IMG/VR virus record: IMGVR_UViG_3300025617_000075 | Span: 1 to 30,208 of that record | Strand: one strand, 5' to 3' | Source of the DNA: a virus | Taxonomy: Duplodnaviria; Caudoviricetes | Length of the DNA stretch: 30,208 nucleotides | Notes under the pieces: model-generated | What the model saw: only the letters and a program-made list of their open reading frames with translations | Told to the model about the DNA's origin: nothing | Databases searched by the model: none | Shown here: positions 1 through 9,651 of the stretch, piece after piece | How positions within the stretch are numbered: position 1 is the first letter of the stretch | Layout of the letters: the number at the start of each line of letters is the position of its first letter | Position numbers and translations under genes: made by a program

Positions 1-262
1 GATTTATAGGTATTGCTCCAGTTGTGTTTCCGTAGCAAACCATAGGCGCAGAATAGTTAACGCTTGATAGAGCATTTATTATTGCTAGTGTGTAATCACC
101 TGTTCCGTGGTCTGTGCCAGTAGAAATATTGAAACTATCATATACCCCTGCCGTTGTGTTAGCCGCCGCCCAAGCCTTCGCACTACCATTAACAACATAG
201 TCCGTAGTCACCGAACCTGCGGTGCTGTGTTCCAGCGTATCTGCTATAATTTTACCAGCCAT
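1..262 (-). CDS. Small tail-associated paralog 3 (3' end beyond window edge; absent from ORF track)
   Basis: ATG at 262-260 overlaps the TAA of the upstream gene (TAATG). Frame stays open to the window edge: MAGKIIADTLEHSTAGSVTTDYVVNGSAKAWAAANTTAGVYDSFNISTGTDHGTGDYTLAIINALSSVNY... It shares the AKAW, S-x-N and D-x-GTG motifs with the next two genes. Confidence 0.85.
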   Translation of the reverse strand, partial: MAGKIIADTLEHSTAGSVTTDYVVNGSAKAWAAANTTAGVYDSFNISTGTDHGTGDYTLAIINALSSVNYSAPMVCYGNTTGAIPIN

Positions 263-672
263 TATGCTAAATCTCCGTGCAGTGTTACGCTAATTTGGTC
301 AGAATCAAAATTAGAGGCATTTACATAAGTTACACTGTATCTAGTTGCTGTTGTAGTAATAGCCGTAGTTTCATTAGCAGTAGATATGTTAACCAAACTG
401 GTTGTTGTCCACCCAGCAGTCGTTGAATGAGAATAAGTAGCGTTGTTCATAGCGTTAGTTACTGTCAGTGTATAAGCACCAGTACCGTGGTCTGTTAGAC
501 TGCTATAATTTAACGAATCTAATATTGAGTTTGTAGTACGCCCATCAGTATAAGACCAAGCCTTCGCCAGCCCCTGTTGCAAGGACTGAGTAGCCGCACC
601 GCCCTCGCTAGTCACCGTAATGTCGCCAGCAGAGGTCTTGCCTGTGAGATTGTCAACTAAGATGGTACTCAT
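262..672 (-). CDS. Small tail-associated paralog 2 (136 aa), putative tail-fibre tip or receptor-binding protein
   Basis: AKAW...DSLNYSSLTDHGTGAYT...NATY motifs and C-terminal GDLA. Ser/Thr-rich; lies in the operon directly after the tail fibre. Confidence 0.8.
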   Translation of the reverse strand: MSTILVDNLTGKTSAGDITVTSEGGAATQSLQQGLAKAWSYTDGRTTNSILDSLNYSSLTDHGTGAYTLTVTNAMNNATYSHSTTAGWTTTSLVNISTANETTAITTTATRYSVTYVNASNFDSDQISVTLHGDLA

Positions 673-1064
673 GCTAGGTCTCCGAATACTGCTGTCATCT
701 GATTGTCACTGTCTGTGCCGTCTATTCCGCTGTTTAAAGCGTTGACTGACTGTGTATTATAGGTTGATGATGTTGGTGGAACACCCCTTCTTAATCCTAT
801 TGCAACCATAAACTCATTAGATGTACCGTCTTCGTAACCATTCATTCCAACTACATTGTAATTAGCATCACTCATACTATTACTAAAAGAAATTTGCACA
901 TGCCCTGTTCCAACATCTGAGGCTGAACTTAAGTTAAATGACGACACGGTGCTTAGTGTACTGCGTTGGTCTTGTCTTGTCCAAGCCTTCGCCGCACTCT
1001 GATTAGTCAGCGTGACTGCACCGCCAGATGTGTTCTGTATGGTATCTGCTTTTAGTGTACTCAT
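669..1064 (-). CDS. Small tail-associated paralog 1 (131 aa), putative tail-fibre tip or receptor-binding protein
   Basis: AKAW...SSFNLSSASDVGTG...DANY motifs and C-terminal GDLA. ATGA overlap with the tail fibre stop. Confidence 0.8.
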   Translation of the reverse strand: MSTLKADTIQNTSGGAVTLTNQSAAKAWTRQDQRSTLSTVSSFNLSSASDVGTGHVQISFSNSMSDANYNVVGMNGYEDGTSNEFMVAIGLRRGVPPTSSTYNTQSVNALNSGIDGTDSDNQMTAVFGDLA

Positions 1065-2956
1065 GCTATCACCAAGTTACCGTTGACTGTCAACGTAACC
1101 CCTGTTGCAACGTTTAGGCTAAAAAAAGCCCCAGCGTTGTCGCCAGTAGCGATTGTTGTGTTAGTGTCAAGCTGTTGCTCATGCACTCTGAATATGTCGC
1201 CCTTGCCATTTGTTGTGTCGCCAGTCGCGCCATTCTCACCTTGGAAATAACCTGCACCAGCTTGTATGCCTGTTAACCCAGAGCCGTCACCAGTAAATGA
1301 CGTGGCTGTAATACCGCCATTAAACGTACCACCAGTGGATGCCGCTACCGTGTCAGCCACTGAGAAGCTACCAAACGCATAGATGTTAACTATGTCATTC
1401 AGAGCCGCGCCTGATGCTAACACAACGCTAGTACCATTGGTAGCCGTGTAGTCGGATGGGTCTAGGATAACACCATTCATAGCCACAATAATAAATGGCG
1501 CAGTATAAGCTAATGTAACCGCATTGTCGTCAGCACCAGAAAATGTCGTCTGAGCCGCTGTTGCGGTGTACTCAAATAAAGTAAAGGTAGTCTGAGAAGC
1601 TGCAGATGCCGCAATCCATTGTGCGCCGTCATACACACGCATCTCATTGTCAGCGCTATTAAAGTATAATGCACCAGCTACTAATGGGTCGCCGTCATTG
1701 TCTGTCGTTGGGTTACTTGCATAGCTTCCAAGGTAGCGGTCATCAAATGTGTCGTATGTGCTTGCCGCCGCCGCCGCACTAGCCGCCGCCGCAGAAGCTG
1801 ATGAAGAGGCATTGCTCTCTGATGTAGCCGCGTTAGTGGCAGATGTCGCCGCATTAGTAGCAGATGTTGCCGCATTGGTTTCGCTAGTGGCGGCATTTGT
1901 GGCAGATGTTGACGCGGAAGATGCTGATGCCGCCGCGTTTGTTTCAGATGTTGAAGCATTTGTAGCAGATGTGGCGGCGCTTGTTGCGCTTGTTGCCGCA
2001 TTTGTTTCAGATGTTGCCGCCGCAGTTTCGCTAGCAGATGCCGCTGTCGCTGATGCCGTGGCAGATGTAGCAGAGCTAGCTGCACTTGTTGCGCTAGTTG
2101 CCGCATTTGTTTCAGACGTAGCCGCATTTGTTGCTGATGTTGACGCAGATGCCGCGCTTGCCGCGCTATTCGTTTCTGATGTCGCCGCATTTGCCTCAGC
2201 GGTTTCTGCCGCCGCTTGCGCCGCTTCTGCGGCCGCTTGCGCGGCTTCAGCATCAGCCACGGCTGTCGCGTCAATAACCAAATCCCATTTAGCGACATCA
2301 GCGTTTCCGCTAATAGGCGCAGTGCCGCTAGAGGTGTGTGCGGTATTACAGCGATATATACTGGAATTGACACTGTCCTTAACAATATCTCTCACGTCAT
2401 ACGCTACTGATGCCGCCCAGTCACCGCGCCAATTGCCGATGTCTTCCCCAGCGATAGGGTTGCCATCACTGTCAAACGCTAGCGACTTCCCAGCGCGTGA
2501 TGCCTTGGTCGGCAGTTCCATATCAACAACACCGCCATCTTCAACTAGCGCCGGGTCATAAACAGGCGCTCTCATTCCGCGCTTATTTTCTTCAGCAATC
2601 TGTTGGATCATAATGATCTGGGCATCGAGCTGTTCGTTTAAAGCTGAGGCGCGTAAATCACCAGCCGTCACAAAGTCGGTGGTGCGCTCAATATCTCTTG
2701 CGCCTACAATAACAATCTGATCTGAGGCGGTAGGCGTTGATGGCACGTTTGTGCCGGTCACTATAGTAACAGACCCAGTGCCGTTGGCGTTGACGGTGAC
2801 AGTGTAATCAGTCGTCAGCGTCAGCTTCGTGGCGTTGAAGTATACTGCCAGATCGTTCTGATCCAGAACCTCAAACGTGAAGCTGTACGGCCCTAGCCCG
2901 GCTGAACCTGTAAACACGACACGCCGCGTCACTGCATTAATATTGTAATCTGCCAT
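1061..2956 (-). CDS. Tail fibre protein (T7 gp17-like N-terminal anchor, Ala/Ser/Thr heptad stalk)
   Basis: N-terminal FTF...DLAVY...DYTV...LRASALNEQLD resembles the T7-type tail-fibre anchor. Also has a WRGDW-x-x-x-x-x-Y-x-x-x-D-x-V module and a long ATSETNA-type repeat. Follows the ejection protein genes; SD GAGG upstream. Confidence 0.85.
   Translation of the reverse strand: MADYNINAVTRRVVFTGSAGLGPYSFTFEVLDQNDLAVYFNATKLTLTTDYTVTVNANGTGSVTIVTGTNVPSTPTASDQIVIVGARDIERTTDFVTAGDLRASALNEQLDAQIIMIQQIAEENKRGMRAPVYDPALVEDGGVVDMELPTKASRAGKSLAFDSDGNPIAGEDIGNWRGDWAASVAYDVRDIVKDSVNSSIYRCNTAHTSSGTAPISGNADVAKWDLVIDATAVADAEAAQAAAEAAQAAAETAEANAATSETNSAASAASASTSATNAATSETNAATSATSAASSATSATASATAASASETAAATSETNAATSATSAATSATNASTSETNAAASASSASTSATNAATSETNAATSATNAATSATNAATSESNASSSASAAAASAAAAASTYDTFDDRYLGSYASNPTTDNDGDPLVAGALYFNSADNEMRVYDGAQWIAASAASQTTFTLFEYTATAAQTTFSGADDNAVTLAYTAPFIIVAMNGVILDPSDYTATNGTSVVLASGAALNDIVNIYAFGSFSVADTVAASTGGTFNGGITATSFTGDGSGLTGIQAGAGYFQGENGATGDTTNGKGDIFRVHEQQLDTNTTIATGDNAGAFFSLNVATGVTLTVNGNLVIA
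1762..2255 (-). repeat. Degenerate 21-bp (7-aa) tandem repeat in the tail fibre (ATSETNA/ATSATNA/AASASSA)
   Basis: Recurrent gcagatgt/gccgcatt units at about 21-nt spacing; the translation is heptad-periodic. Confidence 0.85.
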
Positions 2957-2987
2957 AGTTACCTCTCTGCCTCGCAGTATAACCTAT

Positions 2988-5888
2988 TTACTTAGCCGCT
3001 TCTACCCTTGCCTGTAGGTCTGGGTATTCTTGTAGCATGAATAACTTCCCAGCTCTTTTGAACTTAGAAACAATATTTCTAATTACCTCTAGCTTGTCTT
3101 CTTTGTCTAGCCCTGCGTAATCATCTGTTTTAATAAGCTCATTTAAATAAGGTAATAGCGTTTTGCTTTTGTCGTAACCCTTTTCGCCAGACATTCTGCC
3201 GGAGCTGTCTATCTCATTCATCAATATAAGCCATCTATTGTACTGTTCAGCATTCAACAGAACGCCGCTAATTTTTTTGCCCGGCATTGATATGCCTCGG
3301 CCTAACTTAACCAGCTCGGCATCAACCCCTTCAAACTTTGCCTTCTGTACTCTGATAGGCGATATGCCCTCAAGTGGTATGGCTGGGTCTGTTTGCAAAA
3401 TAACCTCACCCCAAAGGTTTAGGGCTGGTGGCACTTGGTCGCTAAAAAATGGATTACGCGCCTTTGCCTTTTGCAACGCTGTATAAAAGCCGCGAATAAA
3501 TGCAGGCATTTGCGTAGGGTCTTCACCAAGCAGACCGGTGGTCGGCATCATTGAGCTGGATGCCTCTGGGTTTATTTCTCTCTCAACCATAGCATACCCA
3601 GAGCTTACTGTTGGCAAAACACTAATAACACCGGTTGCAAGTTTTTCCCCAAGCATTTGGGTTACGTTTTCAAACCCTATGCCGGAGTCTGGGTTTGATA
3701 TTGATGACCCAATTTCACTTACGCCCTGTAGGTACGGCTGTTGTAGCATATAGTTATATGTACTTAGAACAGCCGCTTGCGCTAAAGATTCAAGCACACT
3801 TTGATCATTTTCATAGCTTGCATAATAAGCAAAATCTGCGGCAATGGCTAACGTGCCGGATATAGGGTCAAGCCTGTTGTAACTAACACAGGTATACTTG
3901 CCGTCTTCTCCTCGATTACAAATTGAATAGGGCGCAAGATTTAACCGCCGCATAGCTTGCTTTGCCTTGGGGTCAGACGGCCCTGAGCCAGTGATGATCA
4001 TAGGCTTATCGGTTTCTGGGTTGCCATCCCAAGAGTACCAAGCAAAGCCACCCATAACGACCGTCCCAACCGCTAGCCTAGAAACCTCTGCATCAGTTGC
4101 CGCATCGCCCCTAGATAGATTTTTCCACATATTAGGGTGTGCGGCTCTCAATGGCGATCTTGATAAAACTTCTTTAACAATGTTAGCTGGTGTTTTATAG
4201 AATGGAACATACAACTTTAGTATTGGGTTTGTTGAGGCTGGCTGAAGCGCACCAAGAAAACCGTCTAAGTCTTTTTGGAAGGTTAGCTCTCTTGCCTCTT
4301 CCTTTGCTGTTTTCTTCATTATGTCACTTGGGTTATTAAGCATATCCGCTTGGTGCTGTTTACCCATTGCTAATGCCTTTGCCGGGTCTTCGCCAGCCGC
4401 AAGCAGTTCGTCTTCTAATCTTTTCCCAGCGTGAAACGCTTGTTTTCGCAGTGAGGCTCTAGCAGATATACCCTTAAAAAACTCATCCTCTGCAAGCAAG
4501 AAACGCCCGGCTAGCCGTGTGTACTGCCCAAACACATTAACGGCCGCCGCTATAGGGTGACCCTTTCTAAGCTCTTGCAGTATCTCACCAGACCCCATTG
4601 AAATAGCTTTGCGGTTTCTGACATCAATTTTAGAAACCAAGTCTGATGGCTGTTCTTTCATAAATGCTTTTCCAGCAACAATCAGTGCATCCCATCCAGC
4701 CTCGCGGATAGAATCTAATTGAATAAGGCCATCACGCACATATGCCCTATCTTTTGTGCCAATGCCTAAAGCTGTCCTAGCGTTGCCTACAACCCCAGCC
4801 ACCACTTGCTCGGCAGACCTCATAGCAAGAAAGGCAGTGTTGCCGGCCACGTTTACTAAATGTGTTGATGGCGCAGATAGAATGGCGTTTATATAGGCTT
4901 CGGCCATTATGTCAGAACCGCGTGACATCCAGCCGTGCTGGACAAATTTAGCTCTGGCGGCTTGGTCTGGTAACGCCATATACATGCGCCCAAAAGCCTC
5001 AATGTTCTCAGTGTTTTCTAGGTTAAACAACTTTACCAGCTCATCGCCTCGCGCCGTATCAATCCCCATACGCTTAACGTGGCTCATCAGCCAAGTTGTT
5101 CTAGCGGCCTCTGACACGCCACCAGATATATTTGCATATAAATGCATTTCGGCTGTAGCTAATTGAAGAAAACGCGACATTTCCTGAGCGCGTGTTTCTG
5201 GGTCGTTTATTTTGCTGGCAATTAAAAACTGTTCTTGGGATGCTTTACTTAATTGCCTTGCGCCAATCAAACCAGCTAAAACCATCTCAGCAGTTTCGCC
5301 GCTAGCTCTTTTGCGCCCTAGCCAATAATCAACAATGTGATCCATACCCTGCTTTTCAGCTAGGCTCATTAATTGGTCGTATCCTAATGTGCCGCGTCTA
5401 GCTGTTTCAAACAAATCAGCATTTGCGTCTTTTAGCTTTGCAAGATACTCGGCTAGGTTAACAGTGCCATCAGCTCTGGCGATAGCTGGAAAATTCACAC
5501 CCTTAACATATTCACCGCCAATAGCTTCGTTAATAGCGCGTATCTCATCTGGATCAGCCTCGCGGATTAACGTCATGCCGCCGACATCTTGGATTGGCTC
5601 ATCAGGCAATCCCGGCAAAACTTTTCTTTCTGCCTCAGTTACGCGAGTAGCTACTTTTTCTGATTGTTTTTGTATCCATTTAGTAAAACCAACCTTTTGA
5701 ATTTCTGGTTGCAAGTCTTCTGTTATTGGCGGCTCTACTTGCGTCAGGTCTTCTGGCGGCGCAGTTTCCAAAACATCAGCCTCTGGCGGCGGCTTCATCA
5801 TAACCGCTTCTTGCACAACGGCTTCAGCCTCGCGCTCGTCCAGCATCTCATTGACGCGAGATGTAATATTTTTAGGTGGTCGTGCCAT
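2988..5888 (-). CDS. Large internal virion (ejection) protein, gp16-like by position
   Basis: 966 aa, likely helical, last of four genes between tail tube B and the tail fibre. Segments such as LLAEDEFFK, YVPFYKTPANI and YNRLDP recall marine podovirus core proteins. Confidence 0.7.
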   Translation of the reverse strand: MARPPKNITSRVNEMLDEREAEAVVQEAVMMKPPPEADVLETAPPEDLTQVEPPITEDLQPEIQKVGFTKWIQKQSEKVATRVTEAERKVLPGLPDEPIQDVGGMTLIREADPDEIRAINEAIGGEYVKGVNFPAIARADGTVNLAEYLAKLKDANADLFETARRGTLGYDQLMSLAEKQGMDHIVDYWLGRKRASGETAEMVLAGLIGARQLSKASQEQFLIASKINDPETRAQEMSRFLQLATAEMHLYANISGGVSEAARTTWLMSHVKRMGIDTARGDELVKLFNLENTENIEAFGRMYMALPDQAARAKFVQHGWMSRGSDIMAEAYINAILSAPSTHLVNVAGNTAFLAMRSAEQVVAGVVGNARTALGIGTKDRAYVRDGLIQLDSIREAGWDALIVAGKAFMKEQPSDLVSKIDVRNRKAISMGSGEILQELRKGHPIAAAVNVFGQYTRLAGRFLLAEDEFFKGISARASLRKQAFHAGKRLEDELLAAGEDPAKALAMGKQHQADMLNNPSDIMKKTAKEEARELTFQKDLDGFLGALQPASTNPILKLYVPFYKTPANIVKEVLSRSPLRAAHPNMWKNLSRGDAATDAEVSRLAVGTVVMGGFAWYSWDGNPETDKPMIITGSGPSDPKAKQAMRRLNLAPYSICNRGEDGKYTCVSYNRLDPISGTLAIAADFAYYASYENDQSVLESLAQAAVLSTYNYMLQQPYLQGVSEIGSSISNPDSGIGFENVTQMLGEKLATGVISVLPTVSSGYAMVEREINPEASSSMMPTTGLLGEDPTQMPAFIRGFYTALQKAKARNPFFSDQVPPALNLWGEVILQTDPAIPLEGISPIRVQKAKFEGVDAELVKLGRGISMPGKKISGVLLNAEQYNRWLILMNEIDSSGRMSGEKGYDKSKTLLPYLNELIKTDDYAGLDKEDKLEVIRNIVSKFKRAGKLFMLQEYPDLQARVEAAK

Positions 5889-7342
5889 TACATAGCCTCA
5901 CTTGTTTCTGCTTCGCCTTGTTGGCTAGCGGCAACACCAGTTATAGCCACTGGCCCAACAATACCATATTTGTCTAATATTTTAATGGCCTTATCATTGA
6001 ATATAACATAATTTGTAGGCGCGTCAGAAATACTTTTGCCGCCAGCACGACTGCCTATGTCAAGATATTTAATTCCTTGTATGCCCACAGATTTAAGCAG
6101 TTCGCTAGCTCCTTGGCTAGAGCTTGATATATAATTTACATAAGCATTTCCAGCGGCTATCCCTGCATTTACGTTATAATCAAATGTTTGCAAAATATCT
6201 TCATCATCAATTAACGATCTAATTTTGTTTAACATTACAGGTTGTTCTTTCAAAGGCTTTTGCCAGTCTAAAAGATTTTTTTCTTTTACCCCTAGCTTAA
6301 CCATAAATACTTTTCCCGGTTCTTTTTTATAGGACTCCGCAACCTTTATAGAGTTAGAAAAATAAAGCCCATTCCCATAATTTTGATAACCAATTCCAGT
6401 GCCAATTTTTTCTAACTTAAACTCATCAAAGTCTGCACCAGAACCGTGGAAGGCAATGATGCCCGGCTCGGTTTCGGTAGGCGCAACTGCGGTAACAGGA
6501 TTATCTTTTGTCGGTTTCTTAAATGCTTTCTGCACACCAACAATAGCCTGATCCACAGCGGCAGGCACATCAACACCAGCATTTAATTGTACCGCCGTGT
6601 CAGCTTCCCTAGCCGCAATACGATCTGGTGCGTTTGTCACAAAGTCGCCTAATTTTTGAGCGCCTTTCATTATGCCTTTTTTGCCTAGCGCTACAGCCGT
6701 GCCAGCGCCGGGGACACCAAACCATTCGCCCAAATCAGCGCCTTCGCCGATCTTTGCTTTTGTTTCTTCGTCAAGCGGCATTTTGTCTAACCAGCCATCA
6801 AACACGCTTCTAGTATACATAGAGCCAGCAGTTTCAGATACAGTGCCTAAGACATTGGCGAACCCACTAGCCGCTGACTGTAATCTTGTTTCATCTTCAT
6901 TAGGAAATGCTAGTTTATAAATGCCGTAAATAGCGCCGCTAGCTAACCCAACTACGTCACCCGGCGTGCCTAGTGTTGCAGTTAATGCCCCAGATGCCGC
7001 GCCAACAGCATTAGCCGGGTCAGCCGGTGGTGTTAGCTCAGTTTTAATCTGGGCGAAGGCAGGCATAGTTTCATCTTGCAACCGCTCAAACTCACCCTCT
7101 TCGCCGGGGATGTTTCGGTTGCGGATGTTAAAGTTATCAATATGCTCTTGCATTTGGTTAAATTTATCTTGCTGTTCTGGCGGCAGTTGCGAGAACTCAT
7201 CAGCCGTGCCACTAAACACGCGAGGCGCTTTAACGGTTGTTTTAACTTTTATGCGACCGTTGCCCTGATCGTCATATTCGATCTCAGACGGTATGTCGTT
7301 TGCCTGCAATGCAATGCTTTTTAATATCTCATTAAACATCAC
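5888..7342 (-). CDS. Internal virion protein with C-terminal ART-PolyVal-like (ADP-ribosyltransferase-like) domain
   Basis: N-terminal Gly/Ala-rich hydrophobic segments. C-terminal AFHGS...F..F...IGTG.G...YGNGLYF...A.SY...GIQGIKY...NYVIF pattern. Coupled to both neighbours (ATGA-type and TAATG overlaps). Confidence 0.65.
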   Translation of the reverse strand: MMFNEILKSIALQANDIPSEIEYDDQGNGRIKVKTTVKAPRVFSGTADEFSQLPPEQQDKFNQMQEHIDNFNIRNRNIPGEEGEFERLQDETMPAFAQIKTELTPPADPANAVGAASGALTATLGTPGDVVGLASGAIYGIYKLAFPNEDETRLQSAASGFANVLGTVSETAGSMYTRSVFDGWLDKMPLDEETKAKIGEGADLGEWFGVPGAGTAVALGKKGIMKGAQKLGDFVTNAPDRIAAREADTAVQLNAGVDVPAAVDQAIVGVQKAFKKPTKDNPVTAVAPTETEPGIIAFHGSGADFDEFKLEKIGTGIGYQNYGNGLYFSNSIKVAESYKKEPGKVFMVKLGVKEKNLLDWQKPLKEQPVMLNKIRSLIDDEDILQTFDYNVNAGIAAGNAYVNYISSSSQGASELLKSVGIQGIKYLDIGSRAGGKSISDAPTNYVIFNDKAIKILDKYGIVGPVAITGVAASQQGEAETSEAM

Positions 7343-9069
7343 TTCAATTTCTTTCTCATAATAAATGCTAGAAGCTCAAGATATTCATCGCCATCAATAA
7401 TATCATCATCTAATTTCTGTGTTAATAACGATGCTATCTCATCCGCATCTTCAACGGTTATAGCTGGGTCATCAATAAGCGCATTTAACTTATTTTGGCG
7501 TATTCTGTCAAAACGCATATCTTGTCCATCTGAGCGAGGCACTTCATCCTTCAAGTCCTTGATGTATTGTTTTGCCCACGCCATTCTATCAAAGTCGGGG
7601 TCTATGGTAACTGCTTCTTGCAGTTCTAATTCGGCCGCAACCACTGCTTTTCTATCTTCTGGAGAAACAGCCATTCCAGATGAGGCTAAAAGATTTCCTT
7701 CTGGCACACCAAAATAATTCCTTACAATACTCATAGCTTTATTGTTCTTTGCATCTCTCTGACTTTTTAACGATGTGTAATACGTTTTAGATGTTTCTGT
7801 TGTAAGAACGCCATCGCGCAGAGCTTCTACAATATCATCCTCAGTAAGCTGTGAGCTTGCCGTTAAGCTGTTCAATGCTTCAATTGTGTCGGGGTCATCA
7901 TATCCACCGGCTATAGCTTCTAATTGTTTTGCATACTCATCGTCATCAATAACTTTCAGTTTTTCAATGGCCGCCATTCTAGCTTCTTGGTCGCCAGCTA
8001 TCACCGCTTCTGCAATTTCAACCTTTATGTCACTTATAATTTCTTTTCTGCGTTCTTCTTCTCTTTTATCCTGAGCATCAGCAAACTTATCTTCTTCCGC
8101 TAAAACTGCAAAACCATCATCAATAACTTTTTTTCTTTCCTCTAAAGATAGCGCACCTATTAACTGGCGCACATTTTCATCAGCAACATCATTTTCTAAA
8201 ACTTGGCCTAAGCGGTTAAGGGCAGTTACATCATCTTCGCCCGATCCTCTAACCCAGTTATTAATATAGTCCGACTTTGCTCCTATAACGGCCTCATCAA
8301 AAGCCTTTAATTTTGCTTGTAGAAACTCACTGCTTTCTACGCCATAGGAAAGTACGGCGATCCGATTACGTTCAGCATTAAGAACATCGTCAACGGTTGT
8401 AATGCTTGGCGCTTGGTTGCCCTCTTGAGATACCTTATTACCAGCCGCAATGATGTCTGGGATGTTATTTATAATACCATCAACACCAAATGTTACCGCT
8501 ACCTTTTGCTGTTTCTCAGCCTTGTCAGCCATAGCATTGGCGTGAGTAGTCAGTTTGCTGTTAGCAACAGGCGCAATGGCCGCCTGTAGGTTTACAGATG
8601 CCACCGGATCAATCTGGCTTAGACTTGTGCTGTAGCCGTCAATGATAGCGTTAAGATTAAGCTGGAACTCATCAGCGCTCATATCGCTATCTTTAGCGTC
8701 AATGGTGAGCTGGTTAATCTCATTACGCGCCGCTATTTCCATATTTGTCTGAATAACGTCAACAGCAGTTTTACGCGCCTTCTGATCAAATATCGTAAAC
8801 CCATCCGGCAGATCAGGGTCAATCGTTACGCCGGACTTACTGGCGGCTTCTAGCTCTGCCGCTGACGGCGCTATTTCAGCGCCATACTTAACTGCCGCTA
8901 CCTCAGCTTCGGCAACGGCTCGCTTGTAAACAAAGTCAGATATCGCATCTAGGCTATTGCCTATTTGATCGTATACACGCGCTTCGGCTTGCCCAGTCTG
9001 CACAAAGTTAACAGACGGCATACTGCCGATTGAAACTCCTAACGGTCTATAACGTGGTAACTCTGCCAT
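7339..9069 (-). CDS. Internal virion (ejection) protein, gp15-like by position
   Basis: 576 aa, acidic and helical-looking, begins MAELPRY; syntenic position after the gp14-like gene. Confidence 0.65.
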   Translation of the reverse strand: MAELPRYRPLGVSIGSMPSVNFVQTGQAEARVYDQIGNSLDAISDFVYKRAVAEAEVAAVKYGAEIAPSAAELEAASKSGVTIDPDLPDGFTIFDQKARKTAVDVIQTNMEIAARNEINQLTIDAKDSDMSADEFQLNLNAIIDGYSTSLSQIDPVASVNLQAAIAPVANSKLTTHANAMADKAEKQQKVAVTFGVDGIINNIPDIIAAGNKVSQEGNQAPSITTVDDVLNAERNRIAVLSYGVESSEFLQAKLKAFDEAVIGAKSDYINNWVRGSGEDDVTALNRLGQVLENDVADENVRQLIGALSLEERKKVIDDGFAVLAEEDKFADAQDKREEERRKEIISDIKVEIAEAVIAGDQEARMAAIEKLKVIDDDEYAKQLEAIAGGYDDPDTIEALNSLTASSQLTEDDIVEALRDGVLTTETSKTYYTSLKSQRDAKNNKAMSIVRNYFGVPEGNLLASSGMAVSPEDRKAVVAAELELQEAVTIDPDFDRMAWAKQYIKDLKDEVPRSDGQDMRFDRIRQNKLNALIDDPAITVEDADEIASLLTQKLDDDIIDGDEYLELLAFIMRKKLK

Positions 9070-9650
9070 TAACCTAACCCTGCCGCTTTAAATAGTCTTG
9101 GATCAACTTGCCCAACACCATACCCCATACTTGGTTCAAGCCCCCCGATTAACCCATAATTAACAGCGGCTGTTCCAAACTTAGCTATACCGCCAATCAT
9201 GCCAGCTTTCATAACAGACTTGGCTTGTTGCATATACTGCTGTGCCTGCATCTCGCCGCCACGCATTGTAATGATCTCATTGTCCTGTACAGTATACAGC
9301 TCTGTCGCCCCCTTGGCTGACGCATACTGCAACAATCTATTTGCGCTACCGCTAAATGGATCAACGCCACCATTGCCAGCTCTTGCCACGATAGCGGCCT
9401 GCGTTCTAAGGATGTTATCCAGAACCTGTACGCCCTGCGCCTTATACTTTAAACTTTCAGTCTTAGCCTGCAACCGCGCCATAGTCGCTTGCGCCGCAAG
9501 CCCTCTGGCTTCTGAGCGATTGCCCATCATTTGTGAAATTGAACTAGCGCCAGATGCGGCCAAACCTAATGCCTGCGCCCCTGACATGCCAGCGGCCGCT
9601 GTTCCTATAGCCGCGCCTGCTTGTGATACTGCCGCTATTATCGGTGCCAT
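9069..9650 (-). CDS. Internal virion protein B (T7 gp14-like)
   Basis: 193 aa, Ala/Gly-rich N-terminus, A..G.GGVD...GS motif, immediately after tail tube B. Confidence 0.7.
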   Translation of the reverse strand: MAPIIAAVSQAGAAIGTAAAGMSGAQALGLAASGASSISQMMGNRSEARGLAAQATMARLQAKTESLKYKAQGVQVLDNILRTQAAIVARAGNGGVDPFSGSANRLLQYASAKGATELYTVQDNEIITMRGGEMQAQQYMQQAKSVMKAGMIGGIAKFGTAAVNYGLIGGLEPSMGYGVGQVDPRLFKAAGLG

Positions 9651-9651
9651 T

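Noticed and set aside
1681-2561. Long overlapping ORFs 1749..2561 (+) and 1681..2385 (-) over the tail fibre
   Set aside because: They are shadows of the GCN/ACN/TCN-rich heptad repeat, which lacks stops in other frames. They have no independent motifs, unlike the nested MTase ORF.
1-2956. Diversity-generating retroelement, given the BPP-1-like architecture
   Set aside because: No reverse transcriptase and no TR/VR pair differing at adenines are visible. The paralogs diverge at all bases.
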